From Octopus sinensis (taxonomy: Eukaryota), in contig NC_042998.1 of the NCBI RefSeq assembly GCF_006345805.1, positions 201,500,001 through 201,564,000 of the forward strand: DNA of 64,000 nucleotides, written 5' to 3'. The translations under genes were made by a program, and so were the position numbers. Below the pieces are notes generated by a model. That model saw nothing but the letters and a program-made list of their open reading frames with translations, was not told the DNA's origin and made no database searches. Shown here in pieces: positions 12,542-26,704 of the stretch; positions within the stretch are counted from its first letter, which is position 1, and each line of letters starts with the position of its first letter.

Positions 12542-13792
12542 ATGCGTATAGTGTGAACATAGTACATACTAATTATTTCATTTCCAAGCGCATTCGTAGT
12601 TCGACTTTCCAAACACAAGATAATAATTATAGAGGGAATTGGTTTTGAAATCGTATTGACTATTTCCAGTTTAGTTTCGGATTTAGTTTTTTTTACAAAG
12701 TATGCTTCAGTTACCTCTCGTAGTTCATCGTTTTCATACATTATTCTGTAAATGGAAAATCTTTTTAAAGTTTTCATTTGCCCAATATTCACTACATAGA
12801 ACACTTTCATTTCTTATTGCTCAACTCGTTAATTTGCAGTTTGTGCACATTTATACTGCTAGTTCATTTTCCGCCTGTTTACATAACGAAATTCGCGTTG
12901 CAGAGCAGACGTCCAAAGCAGTGGATGAAATATGGCGACCCTAGTTGTGGTACATTTGCAAAGAAAAGCAAAAGGTACGTAGGTGCGATGCATACTCTGC
13001 AAGCACAGGAGGATAAAATAAAATGTAATTTAATAAATAGTTTCTCAAACGAATTCATATTTCAAGAGTTACTTGCCCTGCTTTAGGCATTCGTAACAAA
13101 GACAACAAGGATGTTGATTCTCCCGTCCGCCAGTTTGGAAGATAATCAAACGAAAATTTAATGACCACTGAGTGGTTCTGCCAATCGACGAGTTGAGCCC
13201 TTATCCAGTAATTTTGCGAAATCTCAGACAAATAGGCAAAGACGAGCGACTACAATACCCTGCATTTGCTTACGCGACTAGGGAAATATTTTAACAAGAA
13301 ACAACCAAATGATCCAAGGAAGGAATTAAAAGTGAATGCAAAAATGAATTTGAAAATAGACAATGTAATCTCAGCTTGAAGTTTTGCCTACAAAGCCAAG
13401 GCCCAGCTTGTGGCAAAGTTCAGGTAAGTTTTACAAGATCTTCTCAAGGACACAGTGAAGAATGTGGGCACCAAGTATTTTGTACACATTTGAAATTTCT
13501 AGATCTATAAGTTGCCCGCTAGAATTCATCCAATTCACTCAACCCCGTTAACATGAAATATGTTCTCATCAGGTATATCACGCACAATCGCTGCAAAGGT
13601 ATTATATAATTACCGTAGAACATCGAGTGGAAACATTTATGTCTCATGCCATCAAAGGAAGACCTTCATCCCTAGACTACAACCTTCTCGCTAAAAGACA
13701 AGTATTTCTTGTTCAAAATAAGTAGGTGCCCATAAATATTTCTAAAGGAAGAATGGCTTTCTGCAAGTCCATTCTTCATAGATCTACGCATT

Positions 13793-13920
13793 CTTTTCTA
13801 CTCGAGGCACAAGGATGAAAGGCAAAGTAGACCTCGGCGGAATTTGAACCAACATAAAGACAAACGAAATACAGCTAAGCATTTCGCTTAGCGTGTTCAA
13901 GTTTCTGCCAGCTCGCTGCC
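13793..13920 (-). mobile_element. SINE family B, short variant
   Basis: ctgccagctcgctgcc head and gatgaaaggcaaagtagacc body; decayed 17-bp TSD tcatagatctacgcatt / tcatagatctatgtatt. Confidence 0.85.
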
Positions 13921-15022
13921 TCATAGATCTATGTATTACGAGTTAACTTGCGACGGGAATACAAAATAACCTGCAATGTGTTCATCAAATAAATAAATAT
14001 AATCTCCGTTGCTACACAGCATTCCGGATTCCTAATTAATGAAACTACATTATTGCAATATCTATCGAAAACTGTGTGAAATATAGAAATAAATTTATAA
14101 TTTATTGAGGTTTTTATAAATCATTTTATTTTCAAAGATGTAATATATATATTTTCTTTTACATTTAGCAATTAAATAGCATAGCTTTACACTTTATGAA
14201 CATCATTACATTAGACCAATTGAACATAAGAAAAAGTATAATAATATTTTTAATTGCTAAACAAACGCAGATAATTATCCTCTTCTTCATTCTACGTTTC
14301 TTCACGCACACTGACGTATACTATCTGCGTCATTTCAAAAATATTCTATACAGATGATTTCAGATAATTAATAGAAATTTATTAAATAATATATTTCGAA
14401 TTTTCAGCATGAAAAAGCAATTGCTGACTATTCAAATAATATTAAATCTGCAGTTTAAAAAATCCTTTGCTGAGAAATTTCAGAATACTACAGAGTTACT
14501 CACAAAATATTGTATTTATATCAATTCATATCTCTAACGTTGTTTAGTCATACGCCTAAGATTGAACACTTGGGTCATGTACTGTTGTCTCAACTGCTGA
14601 TATATATGGACACATTCATCCATTATTAGAAAAAAAAGTTCAAACCCTAGATATTATTAGATATATTTCTTGCCTAAACGTCGAGATTTATAACTTTTCC
14701 AGTGGAAACATATGTCCAACAGAGACATAGCTAATAAATTCAGTCACAATCTCTCCTATTACTACTCAGTCGTGATTTTATATGTAATATTTGGATTCCT
14801 GCAGTAGAATTAGCCAGCAGTAGAAAGAATTTGATTTGCGGCATGTCTTTACGGCTTGCAAAGTCGTAAACAAGCGCACGATCTTTCCAAGTGAAGCCCA
14901 TTCAACTTCTGACGATAGAAGCAGGGGAACTAACATCATATGTTTATCGTTTTGTTCCATATAAACATAAACGAACTAACGCGCACGCGTGCATTTGAAT
15001 ACCAACATATATATATATATAC

Positions 15023-15094
15023 ATACATTATTTACATTTGACGGATATTTGTCCTCAAATAAGGACAAATATCCGTCAAATGTAAATAATGTAT
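15023..15094. repeat. Perfect 33-bp-arm hairpin next to (TA)n
   Basis: atacattatttacatttgacggatatttgtcct-caaata-aggacaaatatccgtcaaatgtaaataatgtat. Confidence 0.9.
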
Positions 15095-15133
15095 ATAATT
15101 CTTCATCTCTTAACTATAGAACCAACACATATA

Positions 15134-15517
15134 TCTCTCTATATATAAATGGCAGTTTGTCTGTCTGCGTGTCTGTGTGTCTGTTAGGTTGTACCCTCAC
15201 CCTGACCACGGCTTTCAAACTATTCTGATGAAACTTGACACACACGTAGCCCAATGTCATAAAGCAAAACTGACGCAGCGAAAATTTTGAAATGTTCCCC
15301 CAGTTCTGAGAAAAACTGATTAATTCGACATGGGGTCGAGAATCAAAAGCACAAACCACAGACTGTTTAGGGGACGCAACTCGATCTGTTTAACTCGCAA
15401 AAAACAACTTACCATCATTTTTTTCCATTTTTTTGCTATTTTTTGGCTATAAATCTCTAAAAATGCTTTATAGTTATTTCCCTTACAAACCCGAGCAACG
15501 CCGGGCGATACTGCTAG
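15134..15517 (+). mobile_element. Non-autonomous Helitron
   Basis: A|TC start; 3' cccgagcaacgccgggcgatactgCTAG|T; the 3' ~100 bp is shared with 10754-10860. Confidence 0.85.
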
Positions 15518-15640
15518 TATATATATATATATATTATATATATATATATATTTTATAGAAGGAGCTTCTACAGGACTAGAACTGGTACTATGTATTGAGT
15601 ACCTTATTTACTGTGGTTAACCCCGACTCAACCCGGGACC

Positions 15641-15726
<86 letters not shown>

Positions 15727-16154
15727 TTGTATATCCGCAAATGTCGAAAAATGCGAATGAGTACTCTCCTTATTTGTATATTAAGGCTAAAATTAATTTC
15801 ATGTTAAGAAAGCCATTAATATTTGACAATTTTTGAACCCGATCACGTGGAGAAATTGCGTTTCATATTGAAAATTTATTAAGATATTCAAATATTTTCT
15901 GAACCAGTGATAGCTTTAATATACCTGTAGTATTTTTCCTTATCGTTTCACTTGATACGCTAATAGACAATGGCCACCCCAGGGAAAAGCCCGTCTTCAA
16001 GAACCGTCTTCAATTCTTATCTTTTTTAATCCCGGTACTTATTATATCAGTCAATATTGCCGACCTGATTGATTAAGTGTACATAGAAACCTGTTCTCAA
16101 ATCCGGGGTGGAGACACTTACAGACACAAAACACTCACACGCACACACATGCAT

Positions 16155-16201
<47 letters not shown>

Positions 16202-16203
<2 letters not shown>

Positions 16204-16416
16204 CTCTTTTACTTGTTTCAGTCATTTGACTGCGGCCATGCTGGACCACCGCCTTTAATCGAGCAACTCGACCCCGGGACTTATTCTTTTGTAAGCCCAG
16301 TACATATTCTATCGGTCTCTTTTGCCGAACCGCTATGTAACAGGGACATAAACACACCAGCATCGGTTGTCAAGCAATGCCAGGGGGGCAAACACAGACA
16401 CACAAACACAAACACG

Positions 16417-16420
<4 letters not shown>
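16202..16420 (-). mobile_element. SINE family A, 3' half (a degenerate head lies at ~16780-16903)
   Basis: tactcttttacttgtttcagtcatttgactgcggccatgctgg tail shared with many copies. Confidence 0.9.
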
Positions 16421-16445
<25 letters not shown>

Positions 16446-16448
<3 letters not shown>

Positions 16449-16730
16449 CAACAATTGAGGGTAAAATTAATTAGTTATTAATCAATTTCACCAAGTATTC
16501 AGTATGTAAAAGGACCATTTAAGGCGAATTCAAAATATTACATTATATAATTAGGGCTTAGTAAAATAAATTACTTTGCCACATACTGAACTTTCTAGAA
16601 ATAGCAGCCAAAAAAGTTTTTTAGCCATTTCCACTACTTAAGAAAATTTTCTTTAAGTAGTGGAAATGGCTATAAAAAACTTTTTTGGCTGCTATTTCTA
16701 GAAAGTTCAGTATGTGGCAAAGTAATTTAT
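16446..16730. mobile_element. (TA)n-embedded fold-back element
   Basis: ~80-bp arms over 16566-16730 centred on gaaaa|ttttc; shares ctagaaa(t/a)agcagcca and a caacaatt start with 37263-37794. Confidence 0.8.
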
Positions 16731-16739
16731 ATATATAAT

Positions 16740-16778
<39 letters not shown>

Positions 16779-17077
16779 TACGACGGGCTTCTTTCAGTTT
16801 GCGTCCACAAAATCCACTGCAGTAGAAGGCATTTCCTCAAAATGGCACGTGCAGGGTCCGAAACTCGAAACATGTGGGTGACAAGCAAATATTTCACCAC
16901 ACAAGAAAACTTGCTCGCATAAATGTGTGTGTATGTGTGGGTGTGTGTGCTTGCGCGCGTGTGTGTGTGCCTGTGTGTGCGTTGCATGCGTGTGCCTGTA
17001 TATGAACGCGTGTATATCTATCTATCTACCTACCTACCTACCTACCTACCTACCTACCTACCTACCTACCTACCTAT

Positions 17078-17137
<60 letters not shown>

Positions 17138-17207
17138 TTATCTATCTATCATAATAATAATAATAATAATATAATAATAATAATATAATAATAATAATAA
17201 TAATAAT

Positions 17208-17826
17208 TGTGTACAGTGCTCAGGTGAACTACAACTCATCTAAAGTGTATATATAATCAGGTGTAGTTCGGCGGATTTCGGAAAGCATGAGGGCCTTAAA
17301 GGATGCAGTGTCATGGCAGTCAACAACTGACGCAGGCAGTTTATCCATGATCAGCAACTCGAGCGTGAAAAATGTTTCCGAAAGTCAGGGAGCTGTATTG
17401 TTTTCTGACTTGTAGGCATGTCCACGTTGTGTTAGACACATGGAGATCAAAAAAGGTGTTCAGTGTGTGTTGGTGAGGTGGTTGATAACTTTGTGGGTGT
17501 TTACCAAGTCCGTCGCCAACGCCGGAGTTTCAGTGAATTCATGCCCAGGGAAACAAGGCGCTCAGAATATGGTAGGTGTCGATGGAGGGTATGCGTGCGT
17601 TTGGTGCACGTCTCTGGACAGATTCCAGGAGGTCAATGTTCTGGGCAAGATAGGGGTTCCAAAGATGATGCGAATTCCAAGTGTGGTCGTACCATAGCTG
17701 TATACAGTTTAAATAGATGGCTGGAGAGCGGCTAACAAAAGACCTGCTGAGTGATGCCAAACACCTCGGCCTTCCTGACATCTTAGAGATATGCTTTGAC
17801 CAACGCAAATCACGCTGACAGTGATG
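17208..17826 (-). mobile_element. CR1/L2-group LINE 3' fragment next to (AAT)n
   Basis: LASLSRSFVSRSP, AMVRPHLEFAS, WNPYLAQNIDLLESVQRRA, GHAYK, KLPASVV. Confidence 0.88.
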
Positions 17827-18399
17827 CCTATCTATCTATCAATCTATCTGCCACCTTCTATAATCTATCTATCATCTATCTATCTATCTATCTATCTATC
17901 ATCTGTCTATTTCTCTCTCCTCTCTCTCTCTCTCTCTCTATCATCTATCTATCTAAAGTGGATGTAGGTGTTTTCAAATCAAACTGGACCTCTTCCTGTC
18001 GAGAGTCCTATGAATGTGTGCGTGTGTATGAATGTATCTATATCAAAAAGTAACTTCCGGAAAAGCCCACACATTCGATGCAATATCTAATATTAAGCTG
18101 ATGATCCCGGAAAACATGAAAATAATTGTTTCCAACTTAAAGAAGAAGGATTGTATCTCTGGCAAAAACAAATTACCTACGAATTCATTAACCTGAAACT
18201 ATACTCGTCGATAGATGCGACCCACCTTCACTAAAAGATCAGGCGATAAATGTCCAAAGGGATTTGGTATTCAAACGGTAAGGGAAATGAAACGAAATTA
18301 CACATTTTGTCCCTAATATCTTCAGCAAGGTTTGATGAAAGAAATACGAAAGCGGAGAAATCATTTTGCATAGGTACAAATCAATGGTAAACCAATTCA

Positions 18400-18622
18400 G
18401 GCGGCGAGCTGGCAGAAACGTTAGTACGCCGGGCGAAATGCTTGCGGTACTTCGTCTGCGTTACGTTGTGAGTTCAAATTCCGCCGAGGTCGACTTTTGC
18501 TTTCATCCTTTCGGGGTCGATAAATAAGTTCCAGTACGCATGGGGTCGATGTAATCGACTTAATACCTATGTCTGCCTTCTTGTCCTCTCTGTGTTTAGC
18601 CCCTTGTGGGTAATAAGAAATA
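18400..18622 (+). mobile_element. SINE family B, full length
   Basis: GGCGGCGAGCTGGCAGAA...GAGTTCAAATTCC; imperfect TSD ggtaaaccaattcag / ggtaaacagttcag. Confidence 0.92.
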
Positions 18623-19194
18623 GGTAAACAGTTCAGATATGTCAAATATAAGGGGATTGATGTTGACTCCATTATTCTAATATACTATTTTCATAACATT
18701 AACTTGAGTTTTCAAATGTTTTTAATCTGAGCTCTAATCAAACCAATGAATCAAAACGTTTTAGCTGGCTGTGTTCAGCTGGCTATGTTTAGCGTGAAAT
18801 AAAGTTCCTCGTGCTATCTATATAAATAGATCATAGTATTCATGATTTGGTGATAGTGCGTAGAAATATACATGTGAAGCAGAGGAAGAAGTATGAAGTT
18901 GTTTATTCCGTAACAACTAAAATCGCGTACTAAAATTTCGTATATATTATTAAAGGATAGACGTCATATATAGCATTTCTGACTAAATGTTTACAACGTT
19001 TCAAAATTTGACTTCCGCAAAATCAAAATGCTTCGTGTTTCCATTTTGCTGCTGGTCAGTTGATATTGCGGATGAAGATAAAAACTTATCTTTTATATCT
19101 CAACCGAATACACACGCACCATCACCACACGCGCGTACATACACACGTACACACAGACAAGGACACAAAACACAAATACAAGATAAATAATATT

Positions 19195-19236
<42 letters not shown>

Positions 19237-19784
19237 TGCGCGTGTTTGTGTTTGTGTGTATGCGTGTATATCTATTCATACATATACACATACACATATA
19301 GAAGCATATCTATATCTGTATATATTTGAGAGTATATAACCGACTTTCAGTGTGTGTGTGTGTATGTATACGTGTATGTGTGTGTTTCTATGTGTGTATT
19401 CATTTAGGCAATGGTGAGGAATCTCCCGGTAACTTCGTCTTTATTGTATATTTCTATCACGTTCGCATTAAGTGGAACTTCAGAGTCGTCTCTGATTGGA
19501 AAATCAGCTTTGCATACATAAATAAACATTAGTATATTATCGAGAAATATTTGCTCTACATTAAATAGCATATGAAAGAAAAAATGCATTGTCTGAAATC
19601 TTACACAAATTCATACACATATCATATATCCCTATATAGACATACGCATTTGAACGCACGTGTGTATATACGTAAGTATAGCTATACACTTCTACTGATT
19701 TATATTTCTAATATGAAATGTTTTATGAAACATATGATATCCTCCTGCCTCAGAGAATATGTTGGTTTCGAATTTAGTTATAAG

Positions 19785-19944
19785 GTCAGCAATTATAGAA
19801 CAGGGATTAACTCTATTACATCGGAACCAATATTCGAAATGATGAAATGCAAAGTCGACCTCGGCGATATTTCAGCTGGGAACGTACATACGGGCGAAAT
19901 AGCTCTAAACCTTTTTGACCAGCGGACTGACGTTTCTGCCAGCT
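19785..19944 (-). mobile_element. Degenerate SINE family B
   Basis: gatgaaatgcaaagtcgacctcggcg and tttctgccagct remnants. Confidence 0.7.
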
Positions 19945-20129
19945 TTCTTCTCAGAAAATTTTACAATTGTGTGTTGGATTTGTATGCAAGAAATTATGCA
20001 TAAATGTGAGTATGGGTGCCCGTGCACGCAACATGTGTGTGTGTGTGAGTATGACATGGACCAATTCTGGCCAGAATTTATTGAGTGAATCTCTCTTTCT
20101 CTCTCTCTCTCTCCCTCTCTCGCGCTATC

Positions 20130-20180
<51 letters not shown>

Positions 20181-20198
20181 AATATATATATATATATA

Positions 20199-20707
20199 CC
20201 GTAAATCCTCGAGTATAATCCGCATGTTTTTCCCAAAATTTAACGGTCAAAATCCCTAGTATGTACTATATACGAGGTTAAAAATGAAAATTATTTTCTA
20301 AATATCTGAGTCTCTATTTGCTGTCCGGCAATGTTTATTCAGAGGCATTTTGTGATGTCGAGCGCGAAAATACATTAAGCTAAGCCTGAAAGCAATGAAG
20401 TCATAAAAGAATCATCCATAACTTGCAATAAGCAACATTTATTAAACGTTATTACTGTTATTTCTTTATTTTCTGCAAACAAATTGCACAAAAAAGCTAC
20501 ACGTTTGCTTTATGGTGTATGCACAAGAATAATAATGGACGTTACCGTATACATTTTTACAAACCTAGGACGTTATATAGACTTCCTTGACTCAAGTTAG
20601 AGAAGGGATGCGTATTATACACATGGTTCAGTTTTTTCAGAGGTACATCCCTCTAAAAGTCCCCTGCGCATTATACTTAAGAGCGGACTATACTCGAGGA
20701 TTTACGG
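20199..20707. mobile_element. MITE, Tc1/mariner-pogo type
   Basis: TIRs CCGTAAATCCTCGAGTATAATCCGC / GCGGACTATACTCGAGGATTTACGG; left flank is a TA tract. Confidence 0.88.
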
Positions 20708-20729
20708 TGTATGCATAAATATATATATA

Positions 20730-20767
<38 letters not shown>

Positions 20768-21144
20768 GAGAGAGAAAGCGTGAAAGACTGGGAGAGAGAA
20801 AACAAAGTTATTTTATTCTACACGGGTAGAAATATTGGAAAAATAGAAGTTGGAAATGCACTGAGAATAGTTAAACTCTTTCTTTTATTTAAAAATCCAC
20901 AGTTTAATTTGATTTTGCAAATAGTTAAAATAGAAAAACGCGGCTCATGTAACTGCCTTTATTTTCTCTAGTGCCTGGAGCATGTCCTCTAAACAAAATC
21001 ATGTTTTCTATAAATGAACAAGCTGTTTGTAAATTCACATAATTTTCTTTGACAAGTTCGAGCAACGAACGAAAGCACTTTAATAAGGAAGAAACGAAAA
21101 CATGTGTTTTTTCCAAACTCCTGATGATTTTCTCTCTCTCTCTC

Positions 21145-21292
21145 TGGTAAGTAGGTTGCTAACCAACCACATGGTTCCGGGTTCAATCCCACTGCGTGGC
21201 ATCTTGGGCAAGTGTCTTCTGCTATAGCCCGGGCCGACCAATGCCTTGTGAGTTGATTTGCTAGACGGAAACTGAAAGAAGCCTGTCGTACA
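21145..21292 (+). mobile_element. SINE family A head
   Basis: tggtaagtaggttgctaaccaaccacatggttccgggttcaatccc...ggaaactgaaagaagcctgtcg. Confidence 0.9.
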
Positions 21293-21306
21293 TATGTATA
21301 TATATA

Positions 21307-21341
<35 letters not shown>

Positions 21342-22861
21342 ATGTTTTTAAATTAAATGAATAAAATAAAATAAGATAAAATTATATATATATATGCGAA
21401 GCTAGAACATGCCAATGCTACACATATATATACCTGGACATTTGTAGAGATGAGTCACATTTGGATATAGAAATGCAAATTCTCTGCTTTACCTTTAAAC
21501 ATTCAATTTTGGAGATAATCCCTTGATGAAGTGTGTGTGTGTGTGTGTATGTGTGTGTGTGTGTTGTGTGTGTGTGTGTGTGTGTGTGCGTGTGTGTGTG
21601 CCTGTGTGTGTGCCTGTGTGTTTGAGAACATGTCCATGTTTATTATGTGTAATTTCGATGTTTAGCTTTGAGAAACAAAATCACGCCTCTTTCATTTTCA
21701 TAGTTTTCCATTAGAGAAAACTAGTATAATGCTTGCAATGATAAATCACTAAATAAATAAATGAATATTGAATACGAAGTGTGTTACCCCTTCTCTCTCT
21801 CCTTCTCTCTAGGTGTCTATCTATCGCCTTATTCAGTCCACCAGTTTGTCAAAACCTGATCAAGGTAGATTCTATATTGCAACAGAGAGGATCATTTTAC
21901 TTGGCGTAAAACTTTACAACTTTGAAGTCAGTTTCATTCCTGCACCCGTTGAACTGTTGCAGCAAGTTCAAGTAAATATAAAATCAAAATAGGAATGGTC
22001 AAATTAATCATTTTGAAGATGAAACAAAACCATACTAACATGCTGTTTATCACGTCCCAAATAGAAGTACTTTTGACGATTCAAATATAGAGTCACCCTC
22101 CTAAACAATTTTGATGGAAAATGTGTCACGCCTCTTGCGGTCATTCTGAATATTTTCATCTGTTTTCGATCCAATATTTTCATCCAATCTCGATCATGCA
22201 AAGGCAGTTAGATGAATTTATTTAAAACTCTGTCCTGTACTGTCTTTAAAAGGCTACTGCTTTTCAATCTTACAGTATCTTATAAGATTAAATTTCTTTT
22301 GTTCAAAGATTTATCTGGTTATCTTTCGTATTTCTAATTCTTTAAATCTAAAGAGAAATATAAATTATTGGATTATCAACTTTTAAAGTGCTTATACATT
22401 TTTATGGGACATCTAATATTTGTGTGTGTGTGTGTGCACGTGCGTGTAAAATTGCGCGTTAGTTAATATTAATTTATTAGTATCAACATACGGGCAAAAC
22501 ACGCACATTCCGAGAAATACATGCTTAGTGCAATAAACATGTTTATATATAAATTGTTAAAAGCCTAGCACATAGTTTGCGTTCCGTCGTTATTTCTAGC
22601 TTACTCAGTGGGAGATATTTTTACTAAAATCTGAAAAACGTTTGAAATTCTGTTTGTAAACGTTTTAACGTGCTTTCCTCTCTCCATGTATCACTTAAAT
22701 TGAGTTAATGCAATTACGGTTTTGAAGGGCTTTCTAAAAATATCCATTAATGAATCGAAATTAGTGTGTTGTACAAATTTAAAACAAAATACAGATCCAT
22801 TTTGTGTGCATTCTGTATACGTCTACAATGGCAGACACAGACAAGTCTTTTTTATCTATCA

Positions 22862-22952
<91 letters not shown>

Positions 22953-22982
22953 AATCTATCAATCTATCTATCTATCTATCTA

Positions 22983-23022
<40 letters not shown>

Positions 23023-23867
23023 GATCGATCTATCTATCTATCTGTCTCTCTGTCTGTCTGTCAATCTATCTACCGCAAATTGATAAATACATATACATGT
23101 ATGTGTATATGTTTGAAATGTATATTTGGTTTTGAGAGAGAGTGTTTACGTACGTACGTGTGACTGTATGTGTGTGTGTGTGTGTGTTTGTGCATATAAA
23201 CGTACAGGCAATGTTTTGATAGGTTTCAATATATCAAAGGAATCATACCATCTTATCTGTTAAATCAACGCATATACATTTCTCATCCCACATTGCTGTG
23301 ATATCAATAATTTGATAACACGTGGACAGAAGACTTTCGATAGGATGCATAAAATAAGGATTGAGTGCAGCACAATTTACTCTGATCTATAAAATATACG
23401 CGAAAATTTCTGTCTCGGACCCCTTATTTTTATCTACGTTTGCTGAACATATATTTTTTGGGAACCAGATTTCAAAGCATTTGGGTTGCAATTTCTAGCA
23501 TGTATTGGCTGATTCACGGCATTCTTGGCTGAATTAGGGCTCTCAAGCCATCTTGTTTGGGGTTTGTCAGATGATGTCATAAATCAAGGGGGAGATAAAT
23601 GACATATGTTTCCTTAATTTTATATCGCGCGATAAGTACATTGGGAGAAATTGATGTAATGATTGTATTACAGAATTAATTCTCATCCGTCATTAACATT
23701 TGGTCAAATGTCACCGGTGGTTATATTTATTATAGACAATTTATAGTAATGTTATTTAGCGTTCTTTAGTCTTGCTCCGCAGTCCCAATTATTTCACCGC
23801 AGGAACCAGTTAGAAGTCCGCAGAGAGTGCGGAATTAAAGCTAATATATATATATATATAACCTATA

Positions 23868-24520
23868 AAACGAGCGAAAGAGATATATATATAGAACAAC
23901 TTAGAGCAACACGAAAAAGACGAACCCATCAAAGGAGTACAATGCCATTTCTTGTAATACACAATCCGCATCATCAACGTATTTTTAACACCATGAAAAC
24001 AAATTTGACAATCATAAAAAGCAGTAACATAAAGACATAACTAATCAAACATTTATCGTAAGCAAAATACAACCACATAACCTTATGAAACCATTAATAA
24101 AGGTAAAATTTAACATGAACACACAGGTTAACACATTCCTAGTAGCCCAGTGAAATGATAACGGATGTGGAAAGTGTCATTGCATGCATACAGGTAGATG
24201 TATTAGATCAAACAATGGACAGCTTTTCGCACATACAGATATGAAATGCAAAAGTAGAAATTTGTTCTGCATTGAATACCCGAATGCGGGGGAATTATAT
24301 ATAGGCGAGACAGGAAATGCATCATCGGAACGTTCACGTGTCCACAAACAACAAACTCGCAACACCAATGTTCACCAAATTGCATTGATCGATAATATAG
24401 AGACACGTGATCAGAAAATGCTTCTAATTTTTCCTTTACACAAAACTACAAGAAACAAGTGGAGTTGGCAGAAAGATAGAAGAAAAACGGTTTATTGAAA
24501 TGTTCAAACCTGTTCTGAAC
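23868..24520 (+). mobile_element. Decayed Penelope-like element, linker plus GIY-YIG endonuclease
   Basis: MPFLVIHNP, NDNGCGKC, CKSRNLFCI, ELYIGETG, RVHKQQ, FIEMFKPVLN. Confidence 0.85.
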
Positions 24521-26704
24521 GGAAACAACAACAATAATGTGACAACCAGTTAATGATGTGGATGAATAGATATAAACAAGTTACAGGATATCGATACGCT
24601 TGGCAAACTGTGATGTTTAAGAGGATTCATCAAAAAAGTATTCTAAAATTTCTGCTGGTTGTAAATTTACAATATAAAACGTGACAAGTGACGAACAAAT
24701 GTATTATTTTACATATTCTCTAAGAGATTTGTAACTATATTATGTATGCCCTTTTACTATTTGTTGTGTTTTTTATTATTATTAATACTAACACAGTGAC
24801 TGCTTATATAAATTAATTTGTATATAGCCGGAATACTAACTTTAAGCTACTCATGTAGTAATGCAAACAAGCAAATTCATAATTAATTTAAATTGTCTAT
24901 ATTTTCATATGCTTGTGCATGAGACACTTTTGGGGGTTTCATTTCCAGATATTTGTTATTCCATGAGGGAAAAATTGAAGAATATTTTCAGTGTTAAACT
25001 TTTTAATTCAGTGAAGAAGAAATGGTTACAAGATATCAACGTGATAAAACGGGATCGTTCTGGTAGTTAATGGGAGTAAATCATTAATATAGTGAAATAC
25101 GGGATAGATATAACCAAGTAGACAGAGAGGAGAGACAAGGCTGTCAAATTATTCTGATGGTGTCATGTGGCATCACATATGGTAAATCCTTTAGTAGCAA
25201 AATCGTTATTAATAAATGAGCATAGCTCTAATAATGGTTTGCACTACATCTATTGTCCGAGTAAAATATTTCATGTAATATCTGTGCACGTGTCGAACAA
25301 AAACATATGATATGCTGTTTAAAAACGGTTTCAACTTGTAGTCCCTATGACATATTGATAGATATTGCAAGGGCTGGTATATGCAATGATTCCATTGGCG
25401 TTAATTTAAAAGTGTAAATTATAGTGAGTGTACAAAGAAGATCCCTTCTGTACGTAGATGGGTTACTGTCATTCGTATTTAAGAAGAGACATTCATTTTG
25501 TTTCCCTTTAACGATGCTCTAGAGAATTTTTCTTTTTGGTGTTTGCGTACACTTATATATTCATGGCAGAGTTCATTTGAGGTGTGGAACTGTCTGTCAG
25601 AGTGTAACATGAGAAAATTATTCGATGTTTATTTAGTAAGAGAGAAATAAACGAACTGTGATTACCTACACTATTCACAGACGGTTAGAGTATTGTAACG
25701 TCTATAAACCGACACCTATATACGATTTCCTTGTCTCGTATAGCATTAACAACTTTGCAATTTTATTGTATTCACAAAATATTTTGAGGCCGATAGCACT
25801 TTGGTGTTTGAAGTAACAACCGTAGATGTTTCATTGATTTGTCATTGCAATCACAGCACAGGTATAAACGAGAACGTCTCTAAAAAATTACTTTATCGAT
25901 CATCATCTCAAAAATAGGATGTTTTTATGTATAAAACAATTGATTCGGCGTCCTTCCTTTGCTTTTGAGATCATCAGCTAACGTCATTTTTCTGTCCGTT
26001 TCTGCTTCGTTTCATCTGTTAAAATCGCCAAATCACCCTTTCGTCGCGTGTCTACCTCTCAGTTGATGGATGTTGTCCCAATCGATAAAGGTGGTAATTA
26101 TTTATGGACATTTCCTTTCCATTACCGTGTAGACATGATAAGTGAGGACGAAGTGTCAGAATTAAATATCAGAACGAGATTCTATTCACATGAATGATGT
26201 AATACAATGTCTCTTGTTTTGATATTTTGGGAAGATCCCGTATAAATATCGAACATGTTGAAATATATATTGGAAATATTGAAGGCCTATTTGCAGCCTA
26301 ATTAGACACCATTACTCTTCCATGAAATATGCATAGCTTTGCAATTAATCACTTGCATATCTCTGATCTCAAAAGAATGACTTGCATTTCACAGTAATCA
26401 AAGGTTACTGGAAGCGTAATTATGGGGCCTTGCTGCTTCATGAAATATGCAATATTTATTTTTCAATTACATCAGTTCCAAAATAAAAAAAGAGACACCT
26501 TACGCAGATTGCTCTTCTCGTTAATATGACTCTCAAAATTAATACAGGAATTAGCTGTTGTACCACCGTGTATGGTCATGAATATACTGGCATTACGGAC
26601 ACGATCATAAATATTATTACAATCTGTATACATATCATAAATATTATCACAATCGGTAAAGATATCATAAATTTTATGAATATCTTTAAAAATATCATCA
26701 TTAT

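Noticed and set aside
18093-18125. CTGATGA-tcccgga-aaacatg
   Set aside because: No valid helix II followed by GAAA, and no cleavage triplet.
22722-23163. ORFs rich in YLSI, IYIY or CVCV here and across the window
   Set aside because: They are stop-free frames of (TATC)n, (TA)n and (TG)n repeats.
24648-24689. Possible hammerhead relic after the first Penelope remnant (CTGCTGG-ttgtaa..ttacaa-..AAAACGTG)
   Set aside because: Too many core deviations to support, although the position is plausible.
26064-26196. Open frame LMDVVPIDKGGNYLWTFPFHYRV... after a ctctcag acceptor-like site
   Set aside because: Short, no recognisable homology and no partner exons.
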